A program made the position numbers and the translations under genes. Positions 1 to 12,900 of a stretch of DNA of 64,000 nucleotides are shown here, piece by piece. Positions within the stretch are counted from its first letter, which is position 1, and the number at the start of each line of letters is the position of its first letter. The notes beneath the pieces are model-generated. The model saw only the letters and a list, made by a program, of their open reading frames with translations. It ran no database searches and was not told the DNA's origin. This DNA comes from Eutreptiella sp. 'Long Island Sound 2002' (taxonomy: Eukaryota > Protista > Euglenida): NCBI GenBank assembly GCA_964036045.1, contig OZ038378.1, positions 188,232,001 to 188,296,000 on the forward strand. The letters run 5' to 3'.

Positions 1-165
1 ACATGACATGCGTGCCAGAACCACCTTGGCCAGTGCCACCCCATCAGACTAGCTAAGCCGCCACGGTGCGCGAGCAGAGTGATGCATGAGTTCCGTCCAC
101 CACACAAGCACCACCTGACTGGCACCGTGCACCGTGACTGCCCAAGAGCTCGCTGGCTACACCTC

Positions 166-633
166 CTACTCTGGTACGACCCCCACTACCAGCACAACCC
201 CCGAAACCACCACCCTGGCTGACAAATCGGTAACATCACAGGAGAGGACACGCACACGTCGTGCGACTTCCTCTAGCCGGGCCAAAAGCGCATGCCCCAT
301 ACGGAGGTACAATACTGAACAGTACTGCACGTGGGACCATTGGTTGCCCTGCCTGAGTTCACAAAAACGGCATGAGGGCACTTCAAAAAAGGTGTGCGGC
401 ATGGATGGCAGCAGGTGCAAATAAGCCACCCGATGATGAACCAAGGGCACTTCAGGGTGGTCACACACAGCACACCAAATGTCAGAGCGGAAACCGGAGT
501 CCCCCATCTGCACCGAAAGTTCAGAGTCGCCCCACTCCGCCTCATCCCGCAGCTCAGAAAACAGGGAAACACACGAGATTACTAGGGCCGGACCATGCCA
601 CAACACCACCGGCACATCACGCAGGAGACACAA
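166..633 (-). pseudogene. LINE ORF2 C-terminal region with CCHC-type zinc finger
   Basis: CRFCELRQGNQWSHVQYC motif downstream of RNase H, as in many non-LTR ORF2 C-termini. Confidence 0.7.
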
Positions 634-837
634 GGCATTAGCTAGCGGGAAACCTTGGGACTCCGGGTGGTCCCGCCCCTAGGCAGCAAGATGATGTGAC
701 CATTCTTGCCACCCGAGCAACAACCCCGAAGCCCCCGTGTCGTGCTGTGTTGGCGCCCATAGCTCGTGGACCACGTGCCAGACCTTGTGGGCCAAAATGA
801 CCTTGGCGACACGATCGAACCACGGGTTCACCCACAC

Positions 838-1563
838 CTAGCGTTGAAAACCACACAACAGCGCTGCCGCGCTATCAGCAGCGACCCAGGCGCGCCCCAC
901 AGCCTCACGGCAAATCCAGACGCCCAACAGTTTGGCTATCCATTCAAGGGCCGTGGACGAGGCACCGACTGTGAGGATGCCCCAAGATATCTCCTGCTGG
1001 ACCCCCTCCCTATCGGAAATGACCAAGCCCATGCCTGCCCCAAGGGGACCACTGTCAGTGGGCTGAGCTAGAGTGGCGTCTGTGGTCACGTAAAGCTTCG
1101 GGGCCCCTGCCAGTGCAGGAAGCAGCTGTGGTAGGGGCGGGTCACGAAAACCCCAGGGACTGTCTGTGTGAAGGCGGTATTGCGGCAGTAGCACATCGAC
1201 ACGACTAGCGTCGTTGTCCCCTCGGGGTAGAGGACACTCGCGTTGTGCTCGAAGGAGCCTACACGTCTGGCTATCACGCCCATCTAGAGCCACAAAGTAC
1301 CCGTACAGGAATAGAAGGACCGCTTGGTGGTGCAACGACGGGCATCCCCAGCCAAGGCGCGCCGTGGACACTTGCAGAACCAGGGCTGGGACATTCTGCG
1401 GCAGGCAGAGCAAAGCGCGCACTGCAGACTGCAAACGGGGCTGCAGGCTCTCAATTGCCGAGGCCGGGAGAAAAGAGCCCCGGCACACATAATCTAGACG
1501 AGACAGAACATAGGCATGCAGCGCTCGTAGGGCCAAGGTGAAATTAGGACGATGCGCTAACAC
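838..1563 (-). pseudogene. LINE RT thumb region plus RNase H domain
   Basis: AYVLSRLDY thumb-like motif; YVTTDA...GAGMGLVI...SSTALEWIA...VAADSAAAL gives the D-E-D triad of type I RNase H. Confidence 0.8.
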
Positions 1564-2481
1564 GAACGTGCACTAGCGGTGGATGTGGCCGTGCAGCTTA
1601 GGGACCAAGCCTGGTAGGTAGGTGCCTGGCTGCACCGCGATGCCAACCACATCTGGCACCGCTTGAGACGCGGCCGTGCATGCACCCTCCACGTTCCGTT
1701 CACCCCCAACCCACTGAATCTCCCCCTCATGGCCCAGGTGGAGCACCGTGTACTCTTGCTTCGCGAGAATATTATTGAGCGTGCAGTTGTGTTGTGCCGC
1801 GTGATGGGCAGCTACAACCTTGCGGCTGATGGCTGCCGCATCTCGTTTGATGTAGCGATGGTCATCGCCGAAGACACTTTAAGTGGGCAACACTACCTCA
1901 CCGGCATGGACAACCCACTGTGCAGCCCCACATTGCGACGCGCGCGTCCGGAGCGTACCCAGTAGGTTATAGCCCGTGGCAGCAAAACCACAACCCTGAG
2001 AAAAGCCCTCACACGTGGAGACAGGGGGGGCCAGCCCGCGAGTGGTGACAAGGCGGACGTTCTGACGAGGGTAAAACCCACTAGCCCACTCCCCAAATGC
2101 GCATTGTGTTGACCACAGCCGGTTGAGACGGGCCAGAACTCCTCTGATGGGCGTGTCGAAGGCACCGCTTTCGTCGGCATCGACGATGTGCGCCTCCGCC
2201 GTCTACTGCACTGCTAGTACCACCGACGCGCGCACGGTGAAAGCCATGTGCTGGGGGGATATTTCCTTCCGGTCGGAAAACGTGCACCCATCGAAATCGC
2301 CGGCCATGTCTGCACGGTACATTGTTTCTCGGTGAACTGCACTGGCCTCTAAGCGATTGACCCCTGAGCCCAGTTTAATGGGCCTGTAGGAGCAGAATAG
2401 CCACGGGTGTCCTTGTTTTTCTATCCCTAGTTGCACCGCCATATCGCTAAGGGCATGTGGTGCCGTGCGCAGAACGTTCAA
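1564..2481 (-). pseudogene. LINE reverse transcriptase core (frameshifted)
   Basis: YRPIKL, HGF, D...GAFD, GFSQG and FGDD motifs read by hand on the minus strand. Confidence 0.85.
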
Positions 2482-4307
2482 GTACTTCCACAGTGCAACA
2501 TGCCCCGCATAGGGAAACGGGCGCAGCAGGGAGAGGGAGAGGTCATCGACCGGCGTCGCATCGGAGCCCCCCCCTTTAGTGCTTCACGCACCACGGGAAC
2601 TATATTAAAGGCCCTAGGGTCACGAGCGTGCATACGATGCCACCGCACCTCCGGCTCCTCGTCCCAGTCCCCTAGCCGCCTCGCTCTAAACAGTGTGGTG
2701 AAACTAATCTCATCCGGGGTGGGGAGTGGGGAGGCCGTGGCCGCCGCCCACATGAGCTCAGGCAGGTTCATAAGCACCCCCCTACCACCCTGGTACACGT
2801 CCAGTTGATTGCTAGCCACCTGAAGGATTTCCTCAACGAGCGAGGCGACATGGTTGGGTGTGGGATTCACCTCGGGTAGGGGTCGTGGGTGTGGTGGCTG
2901 TAGCTTCATAGTTTTGGTGGTCAGGCGGGTAACACTTGACGCCGTGATGATTTGCTTATTAAGTCGCAAGCCACGCACAAACATACCTGACCGTAGGTCC
3001 TGGTGCCATTGGTCTAGTAGCTCTTTCGAGCTCCCCTTGCGAAGTGCAGCTCCCAGTCGCATATGATCAGCCATAGCCTGTCTCGTACAATGCGTGGGTA
3101 GCACCGGATCCGCTAACAGCCAGTAACACCGGACCCACACATCAGGGTGCACGTCATGGGCAGACAGCCAGAACCAAAACAGAGCCAATAGGGGTGTGAG
3201 CTTACCGCGCTGTTTGGGGGTGTTGGCTGGATGGCGGTACCTCTTAAACGCCGACAGCCGTTGCAATCCCGACACCCCATCAAAGTCACACATGACACAC
3301 GCATGAGAAGAGGGGCCACGCGCCGCCGAATGACTAGCAAATGAAAAGTCAGGACTTACCAAAATGTAGTCAACCCATGTCTCCCGGCGGCTACCGCACT
3401 GCACGGTGTGATTGGTGAGTGTTCCCGCTGGGTACGGTATCTGGAGACGTGGAAGAGCTTCGTGCTCCAACATCCGGGTGACGAGCCTTGCGCAGGTGCG
3501 CGGTATGTTCAAGTCCCTCGCTGCCACCGCGCGGATGGACAGCTTGCGGAACAGTGTGCCCACTGCAGCCAGTTCAAGTTCCTTCTCCAGCTGCAAGAGG
3601 GATGGGTCGAGGTGAAGATTAGAAATGAGTAGCGACTCCTGATCATGAAGGTCACACACCACCGCCATCCAGGACCGCGAATCAAACAAGACCTTGTGGG
3701 GCCCTGCGAGCTGGAGGCGTCTATGCACCAGTATCCACATACCACGCCCCCGTCCCGCTTCACTGCCAACCACAAACACGAAGGGCGCAAGGGCTACTTG
3801 CACCCGCGGGTCAGCATCCCACAGCTCCTGTAGGCACGCCACATCAGGGTCTAACGCACAAAGCAAAATGGCGGCCTCTAGGACTGCTGGATCGCCTGCT
3901 CCCCCCCCCCCCCCACAATTAAGCCTATATAGACGGAACGCTGAGTGGACCGTGGACGCCCCGTTGACCCTATCCTCCTGCCTATCCAAACGGCGGATAA
4001 ATACAACCAACCAAGATGGCATGTGAGGCGCTGGCGTGTAGGCAGGGGCACAAGACTGCCAAAAACGAGATGACACAGGCACCACGTGCTCCAAAAGTTG
4101 GATGCCTGCCTGAAGGGTCGTACGTGCTGCCGGCTGTTGGCCTGCAGGCTGTGCTCCTGGGGGTAAACACGTGCATAGGGCCCGTGGCGAGTGACAGCCC
4201 CGTTGGGGCGCCGCGACCACTACGACCTGAGCGACGCGGGGCCTCCCACAAGTGGTGCACCAGTCAACCGCAAACACGCGCATTGCCGGCACGCTCATGC
4301 CGCTCAT
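2478..4307 (-). pseudogene. LINE ORF2 N-terminal part: apurinic/apyrimidinic-like endonuclease (EEP fold) and linker
   Basis: LNCGG, DVACLQELW, GRGMWILV, SNLHL, RDLN (GDFN-like), TWVDYILVS and SH motifs in the expected order. Confidence 0.88.
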
Positions 4308-4310
4308 GCC

Positions 4311-6339
4311 CTAGACAAAATAAGGCTCGGTCTGAGAAGCTCTTGTCCCTTCCGCATACAACAGGAGGGGACGCCCGTCACAAAATATGGGCGGATAAAT
4401 GAGCAGGTCGTAGCAGGTCAGGCGCTGAGGGCGAGTCAACAAACATTGGCACCACGCTGAAAGGAGTTGGGCCAACCGCCCACGCCAAGGATCCGGGTAT
4501 GCATACAGACGGCGCAGGACGACGTAGACTGCCGGCTCCACTGTCGGGTCCTCTGTAAACTTGGGGGGCGAGGGGGTGGAGTCTAAAAAGCTGGGCACTT
4601 GTACTCGGTTACCCCCGCGGCAAATAGGACAAGACCACGGGGACACTGAACCATTGCCGTCCCGCGAGGAACATACCGTTCCGTAGTCCCAGTAGCAGAT
4701 CCACTCTGTAAGCACCTGCGGCTTATCATGCGAATCAGGGGGCACCTCAGAAGAAGGTAGTGCTTCCCGAAGTTGCCGGACAAATCGTTCAACCTCGTGC
4801 TACCTCACCACGTTGGCCGCCAGCCGCACGAGGTCCTGAATGTCCTCAGGACACTCATACCCCGCCTGCAGGTAGGGAAGTCAGGCCCATCCCTACCGCC
4901 ACACTCCCTCAGCCGGCGCATACGGGGCCTGGGCGTATTGTGCCCACGTGGTAGACTCGGGAAGCGCGCTAGTGGGTACCGCCGTCGTGGACGGAGTACC
5001 TGGTGCTGGTGAGGTGGGTGACGGCGGACCCTGGAAGGCCATAGGCCACTGAGGCGCCCCATATCGCTCCAGGGAGTTGTCCCAGGGGGGGCCACCGGGG
5101 GGCGTAGTAAGGGCCTGGCGTTGGCGCCGGTGGCCATGACGTATAGGGTTGCTGTGGCGGCACTGGCGACGCTGGCTGGCCACTATGCTGGGCCTGACCA
5201 CCCGCCAATGCCTTTGGAGGCGGCGAATGCAATACCACTGTGCCCGTCTCCGTTCTCTGCCGCTTGGACGCTCCTTCTGCTTGTTGCCGATGTTGTGCCC
5301 GAAAGTCGGCATTGGTTTTGTAAAGCTCTCCTGTTGGAACTACCTGAAGGCGGAGGAACCACCACAGTAGGGAAATTTTTGTCGAAGATGTCTGCCGACA
5401 CGTATACATGTCCAAATCCGCGTGCAACGTCATTGGGCGTGATCAGGCTCAGGGGCTATGGTCTCGCTCAGCAAGGGATTGTACTCCTGTACCGTACGCT
5501 CCTGATGGAGGTTGTTGGCCCGAAGTACACGCGGATCAGGGGGCACAGGTGGCTGAATAACCGCCCCTACAGGTGAGGGTGTCGTGACCGACCGTGCCGA
5601 GGGGGTCTCCGATGTTGTGGCCGAAATTGTGGCTGGCGGTGGCGCTAACGGGGGCGCTGCCACTGGGGCCAGTGGAATCGCCGCTGGGGGAGCCGCTGGT
5701 AACGTTGTTGCCGGGGGTCTTCGTGGTATTGAGGAACCGGTCATACAACTGGGATGATTGCGGTGCTGCGTCTGCGTGTTCCAGATTTTGCTGCACACCT
5801 TTGAGCGCCTGACGAAGGTGCTCCTTGGTCAGGTCCTCTTGCTTGCTGATCGTGATGAGTGCCGCCATGAAAGTCCTCCCACACCGGACTTCTGCAATGG
5901 GGCTAGGATCTACCGCTCTTGGGAGCATCGTGGAGAGATCTAGGGCTGTCGTCACCTCGGATACACTAGGGGCCTCGTTGATGGCTACATGGCATTTCTG
6001 TAGGAACTGGAATCGGTCTGCTGGCGTGGGCGTGGAGGGCACTGCCTCAACGCACATGGAGACCCATTCGTGGACGTCCGTGCGAACAACGGCTTGGGTC
6101 GCTGGAGGCAGCTGGCACCACACCAGCTTGACAGCTGCATGCAGCTGTTGTGGTTGCCGGCAGGATTCGAGAGCCCGGAGCGTCTGGGAGTTGACGCGAT
6201 GATCCGAGAGCAACCGCTTGAGAGAAGAGGCCGCCACTTCGATCGCCGAGACGGGAATGTGGAGAACGTCGTCGAAGGCGTCTTGTAGTCGTGCGGCATC
6301 GTTCGCGCCTGCTGGCTGCTGCTGACTGGAAGCAATCAT
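4311..6339 (-). pseudogene. LINE ORF1-like / upstream coding region (fragmented), including a RanBP2-type zinc-finger-like motif
   Basis: ORFs 5536-6339, 4969-5433 and 4311-4745 lie directly upstream of APE on the same strand; WSCPICRGGN fits W-x-C-x2-C-x3-N. Confidence 0.6.
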
Positions 6340-6916
6340 CGACTTTCACAGCTTGGTCGGCGCACCGGAGCTGGACGCGTCATGCGGTGGATCCACGTGC
6401 TCCAGCGTAGGGATAATGCGAAAATTGGGAAGAGCTGTATTGTGAGCTTCTTCCACTCTTCCCGAGTAAGCAGACATGACTCGACCCTCTACCTACAGGT
6501 ACACCTTCAGGTCACGAAACCGGTTACTGGTCGCCAGCCCTCACCTTGTGTCTGCCCCATTCACTCGTTGTGCCCTACTCCTACCGGCTCGCGGAACGCC
6601 GTGTGAGACGCCCTATCCCCCGGAGGTCCACCAGCACGCTGGTCCGTGAGGCTGCACTGTTGTAACTGTGACACGGTACGTTCCAACGTTTGTACACCCC
6701 TTCCACCTGGGAACGCGTGGCTGTTTCGCCCATGTCCCGTGGTTTGCCACGCCATTCTCTGAGGCGACAGGGCGCTACCGAGCGGTGTTGGTCTCGCAGA
6801 CAGTGCTGTTTCTGTGGTGCGACCGCATATTCCCAGTGCCTTGGGACCAAAGTGCAGTGGTCCGTGTTGGCCCATGTAGCTGTATCCAGAGTGCCAGTCA
6901 GGATATGCATGCACAG

Positions 6917-6976
6917 GTTGCCAAAAAGTGGTGCTGTCCCCTGGCTTTTTGAATGCAGCAGTTCGTGGGGCAGCAG
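6917..6976 (+). CDS. Candidate exon, 60 nt, phase 1-1: (G)CQKVVLSPGFLNAAVRGAA(G)
   Basis: gcacAG acceptor; GC donor GCGAGT; has the family PGF motif and AAG ending. Confidence 0.45.
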
Positions 6977-9900
6977 GCGAGTTTCTTGCACAGTGATGGT
7001 ACTCACGCTGGTGGGCTCCCTACCTCGAGTCATACACACACGAAAAGCAGCGGCACGTGGGCAAACCAACTTTTAGCTCCAATCCGAACCAACAGTAGGC
7101 AGCAACAGCATGCAGCGCAAGCGCCAGCAATCGACAGCATGTAATAACATGCGACGCCACATCATGCAACAGCATGCGACAATACAACATGCAACAGCAT
7201 TTAACAATATGCAACAGGCTGCGCCTTGATAAGGGCAGACAAATTTTTCACTGGATATTGCTGTGCACTGCCATGAAACAAGTTGCCACAGTCAAACCTC
7301 CTGGATTGCTGTGACTGAGGACACATCCTGTGGGGGGTGCAAGACGCGCAGTTGTGTAGACCGAGCGCAGGGTCCTCAATGAATTCAATGTCAATGACAT
7401 GTACCGCCATGCAACAGCAGCAAGCAACACCGGGCAACAGCACCAGGCAACAAGGGGGTGTATACAGCTAGGCCCTGGCTGGCAGCTTAACCTCTCCTGG
7501 GAATGTGTTCGAGGTGAGTAAAGGAAAATGACACCAGATGTAACTGTAACATAGGAGGTAAATCTGCAGGAAGAAATTCAGTGTGCAGCCCAGATTGCAT
7601 ACGGGGGAGTGCAGGCAGGCCAATTGAGTTGGACAACAAAAACAACATGCTGAGCTTTTCAGAGAGAGGTCATGTCCATTGTGCCCAGAGTGTCTGTAAC
7701 TGAAGAGAACTTGTGTGTGTGTTCTTATGGCACTGCGTGCTGTTTTTTTGTTTTGTGGATGGTACTACTCCATTCAGATTCACAAAGGGGATGGACTCAA
7801 AATGGCTTAATTTTGGCGAGAACGGGTCCACTCCGGTCTTATTCCGGCCGCCTACAGTTTCGGATGTCATGCTTGCGAATTACTGACCCCCTCCCCCCAC
7901 CTAAACAACCAGCCTTAATGGAAGCCCCCCGCCCCCCATGCCCAAGAAGGGGAGGGCTCCTCCAACGGGTACGACCCCTCAGGCACGCATGGGCCCTTCC
8001 ACAGGTCCCTCTGAGCTGCCCTCTTTGTCAGCCCTGCTGCATGCGATTGGCGCGCCCTGTTCAAAAGGTGTGCGGGCGTCCACTTCTGCCGTGGGTTGCC
8101 TTTGCCCGTGCCTGTGAAGATGCCCCATAGGGTACAGGCTCATGGAGGGAGGCGGTGCCCACTCACCCCGAGCAACGCCGCTCAAGGAGAAGGGGCTGTC
8201 CGCCCAAAGGAACAAGGGCTCTGTTGCTGAAGAGACCGAAGACCTTCGTCGAAGGGGGTGCTGCGTCGTGCCCGTGTTGTTGCCTTGCAGTTCTCTTCCC
8301 AGTGCCTCGAGGGCCCTGCGGATCTCCATTGATTTGGGAAGTCGCGCTTTCAGCTTCAGGCCAGGCCAGGGGGGGCTCATAGAGCCTGGGGGGGCAAAGG
8401 GGGGGTCTGGGGAACGGGCACAATTGACAGGGCCATCGATCAGTCACCAGCTGAAGGCCCCAACGATTTCTTTTGGGGGGTTCAGCGGTCAATTTCGTTC
8501 TGCACTCAGTGCGAACCGAAGGATGTCTTTTCTGGACCGCTGCGGCGTGCTGATTCCAAAACCGCCACTTTTCAATTTGTCGAAGTTTGGGGTCCAGATG
8601 AAGTTCGGGGGCCCAAGGGGTTGGTCCCGGTTGGAGCCCCGGCAATTGAACCTTTTTTTGTGGAAGACGGGGGGGGGGGGGGGGGGCTCCTGGACACGGG
8701 GCTCCATTGACCCCTTCGAAAGCCCTTTCACCCAGTCCCTCCCTGCGGCCCTGCAAAGCCTCTTCTCCTTCTCTCACACGTCCGCACAGATGCAATCCCA
8801 TCGAAGTCCTACCCGAGCCTACTCCTGTTGAAAGACAGTGCAGGTGCCTGTGCCGCATTGACCTGTGTCCTGTTCTGGTCATCTCCGCGCCTGTTGTGCA
8901 TGCGGTGCTGGGGGCAGTGCGCACTGGTGTGATCAGGGGGGAGGGGAGGGCGGCTTCCACCGGAAGGCGTCCGCGTGATGGTTTTCACACACTGCCCCTT
9001 GTTCAATGCCCCCCCCACCCCAAAAAGGCAATGGTCATGGCGTCGCGTTTCTGTTCACACCCCTGAGCCCCTGTGGGTGTGATGGCCTGCGTGATTTGTG
9101 ATGTGTGATGATGAGCGGCACGCCCACTTTGTTGCCTGAATTGCGCCAAACAGCTGCTACCTCTCGAGCCCCCGCATGCGCCAGGTTGCGAGCCTCTTCC
9201 CCCCCCCCCCCCCTCCACGTTGGTTGTGGTGAGCACCTCCCAGCCTGGGGTCTGCGTGATGACCGCATACCGGGCACTGATCAGGCCGTCAGGGGAGGAC
9301 GCCATGGGCAGAAGTTGCATTCTGGATTCCCACCCAGGCAGGTGGATGCCCACGGCAGTGCGGATGCTCGCAGTAGTCATACCCTCCCCCCCCCAGGGCT
9401 TCTTTAGAAAAATTAAAAACCAAGGGGGGGGGACCCCTCCCCCAAAACCCCCTCCCCCCCTCCCCAGACCAAAGTGACCATAGTGGGAAAAAACGAAATT
9501 TACAATAGGGAAAATCTGGTCAGGCCATTCTTGGTACACCAAGTTTTGGGTCCAAAACCCCCTCCCCCCCTCCCCCCCCCTTGCTCAAAAGAAGCCCTGC
9601 CCCCCCCCCCCCCCAGCCAACATGTTACGCCGCTCCTTGGGTCTCTTCCAGGAGGCAAAAGATGTTCTGAGAATGTGTTGCAGGGCACAGACTTGCCGGC
9701 TATTGCACACCACACATCTTGTGTAAACCACATCCCCCGCACACGCCACGCAAACCAGGCAGACCGAACCGACCGCGCACGCCTCATGCGCCGTGCAGGC
9801 CACACGAACTGCCGATCCCGCACCGCACTGCCCGCGCCCTGACACGTCCCGTGCAACCCACACCGCGGGCACCACCGGGTCCACTGCCAGTCCACGTCAG

Positions 9901-12900
9901 CCCAGGGCCTTGATGCGATGTCGAATTCGCCAGGACACGCAGCACCAGCCCCGAGGGCTCGTCAGGAGCGCGTTCTCGAGCACTCCCCAAAATGAGACCA
10001 CATGGTCCCCCCCTGGACGGGTGCGTGCTACAGAGGGGGAGGGGGGGTGGAGCACAACAGCCGTCCGCCATTTGTAACCTGGGCACAATGGCATCTGGTA
10101 AAATGGGTACCAACGGTCAGTGAAACGGGACCTGCCTGCCCTTCTCTGCACCAGGGGTGGATATAATAGTGACGACATTACCGGGGTGGGGGTGGGGGGG
10201 GGGGGGGGCGTTGAGCCGGGAGGCAGTGATGACGGAATGACGATTACGATTTGCACCTTTTTCGCTTTACAGGTATGTGTGTTCGCAGAGTTGGATGAAT
10301 CTGCAGCTGCGCTACCACCTGGGTTTTGCACCCCTTTCCTTGCTGTGTCATCACAGATTGTACCCCACAGTCCCTTGCGCTTTTTCTCCCTTTCCCAGGA
10401 CATCAAATGCAATTTTGTACCTCCTTGCTGCTTGCAGAAATACCATGGTTTTTCTCCCTTGTTGCGTTCCTGCTACCAACACAAATGTGGTTGTGAAAAC
10501 TGTAAACAGTGACAGGGTGCTTTTTTTCCATTCAGATTGCAGATTCATCCAGTAGCTCGTCTGGAGCCTCGTCCAGTGGTGACGTCGTCTCCATCTCAAG
10601 TTCCAGCTCAGACAGCTCCAGCTCAGGCAGTGCAGACACAGATGGTTCCGAACTGCAAGCCATTTTGGCAAAATGTGTCAAGAAATAATTGCACACTGTG
10701 GACTGTCTTCATGGGATACATACAGCACTGTGCATTGTAGTGTTTTGTGTCAGGAGGGGCAGATCAGTGCAGTAGCATAGTGGTATAATGCCCAGGCCTG
10801 AGGAAAGACGGTCGTGGGTACAATCCCAGTTGTACCCACACTGCCAGCGCTTTTTTTTTTGTGCCATCAGACCTGGCGCTTTTTTTTGTCAAACTGCCGA
10901 CAAAACTGCCGTTCAGTCACACGGGAGAATCGTAATCGTAATCGTCATCGGGGGGGGGGGGGGGGGGCTGGGGGGGGGACCCCCCCCCCCCACTATATCC
11001 ACCCCTGCTCTGCACCAAGCCTTGCCACTTGGGCCCAGTAAAGGTTCGCGCAATTTTCGGCCGAATTAATTTTGTCAGAGGCTTGTTGCACGTGTATTTC
11101 GCTGAAGTTTTGCGCGGGCTGAAGTCCCGAGTGCGGGGCACAGATCGGCGAACGCAGCGACGGGAGGTCTGCTGGGGCACTTTGGGTCAAGCAGTCCACC
11201 AGTTTGCAGACGGTTTGAGACAGTAGTGGAGTGCTAAGGGTCCAACCGTGAGAGACGGTTCGTAAACAAGGCGGCCGTCGCGCTGCGCCCAGACGAGGGT
11301 AGATGGGGGTCACAGGTCATTGGTGTCGTTGTCTGGAGGAGCCTCTGGCCCCCCCAAATTGAGCTTGGGATCCGAGACACCGACTGCAGGGAGATGCGGG
11401 CCGGCATTGTGCTTCCCAGATTCACTGCCACCTCTCCAATCTGGCGGCCTGTGACCCGCACATGCCCGTGGCTTCCCAAGTGGCTGCAGCACCCCTGTGT
11501 GGTCTTGTTTCAGGTGCCCTCAATGCGACGGGATTTCCCTCATTGTCCAGTCTGCTCGAGGCAATCGGAGCCCCATGGCCACACGGTGTGCCTGCTTTTG
11601 CAAACCTTCTGAGGTGGGGTTTGGAGCTGCAACTTCAACCGGAGGAGTTCGCTGGATCGCCCCCCCTTGTCCCTGGGATTTCGAAGCACGTCGCCCATGC
11701 AAATCCAACCGCCGTAGGTGAGCAAGCAACCGCCATCGAGTGACCGCACGATACGCAGTCGGGCTGCCGTTCCGTCCTCACCCAGTGACTCCTCAAGGCC
11801 CCCCCCCCCCTTTGGCCCTTGCAGCTCAGTCACTTTGAGCTCCAAAATGTGCAGACGCAACAGTATTCCAGACATGCCGCCTCTCCCGTCCATCGGTACG
11901 CACAGTCAGGGCTACTAAGGCTCCTCATCAGGGCCAGCCTTTGGGAATCCCCCCACCCCCGCTGGCTAGGGGATTTTTGGGGGTTCTTTAGGTCGTTCGG
12001 TGGGGTCGGTGGATTGGGTGGGAAGCCCCCGCCCCCCCCCCCCCCCCGGGGGGGGTTGTCAAGCCCCGGTCTGGCTACGAATCCTCCCCCAAACAATAGG
12101 AACCACCGGCCACACCAAAAATGAGCAGCAGTTCTGATTTTTTTTTTGAGTGGTAGGGGTGTTTGGAGGTCAACGGGCACGGGCATTTCGTAGAATCAAA
12201 AGTTGGCCTGCCTGACTGACAACCCTCCACAACCCTCCACAACCCTCCACAACCCTCCACAACCCTCCACAACCCTTCACAGCCCTCCACAGCCCTCCAC
12301 AACCCTCCACAACCCTCCACAACCCTCCACAGCCCTCCACAACCCTCCACTCTCAACAACGATAACCCTCAATAACCCCCCACAACCCTCAACAGCCTTC
12401 ATGAACCCTATAAAGGGATACGCAGTCGCAGCCCCATTGCATCAACTGTATAATGCAAGTGCTTGTGCCGCGCATGTATCGCACACATGTCATTGTGCGG
12501 CAGATGTATCGTCCGTTTCACTCCCGGGACTGCGGATGTTGAAAGACGTTTTAGGTATCAATAGGAGACTGCGCTGTTGCTTGTTGCTATTTGTGGCGAA
12601 AAACGGGCGCGTGTACTGGGTGAGGGGGTCGAAGGAGGCAGGGGTCTCGGGGTGTAAAGTGGGTGGGCCTACATTGCCCCCCCCCCCCCCTGATTGAAAA
12701 ATTATGTTCACCACAACAACGAACGCGTTACCCCTTATCAGAATACATCGATACAGCTGGTAAATGCATCAACTTTCCGCCAAAGCGTTCAGTTAACTTC
12801 TGGTGATAACTCACGTGGCAAAAATCTTTTAGAAACATGATCTTTTTTGTTCAAATCTCTCTTTTTTTTGGGGGACGGTTTACGAAGTGTTGTATTCCGT

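Larger units (their letters stand above)
1..6400 (-). mobile_element. Decayed non-LTR retrotransposon (LINE) with APE-RT-RNase H-CCHC architecture (I/Ingi-like domain order); 3' end at or beyond the left window edge
   Basis: Minus-strand frames give, in order: ORF1-like region, APE motifs, RT motifs (IVDADESGAFDT, EGFSQGCGFAATGYNL, VFGDD at 1861-1872), RNase H and a C-terminal CRFC..H..C finger. Frameshifts and stops are present. Both ends are approximate. Confidence 0.9.
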
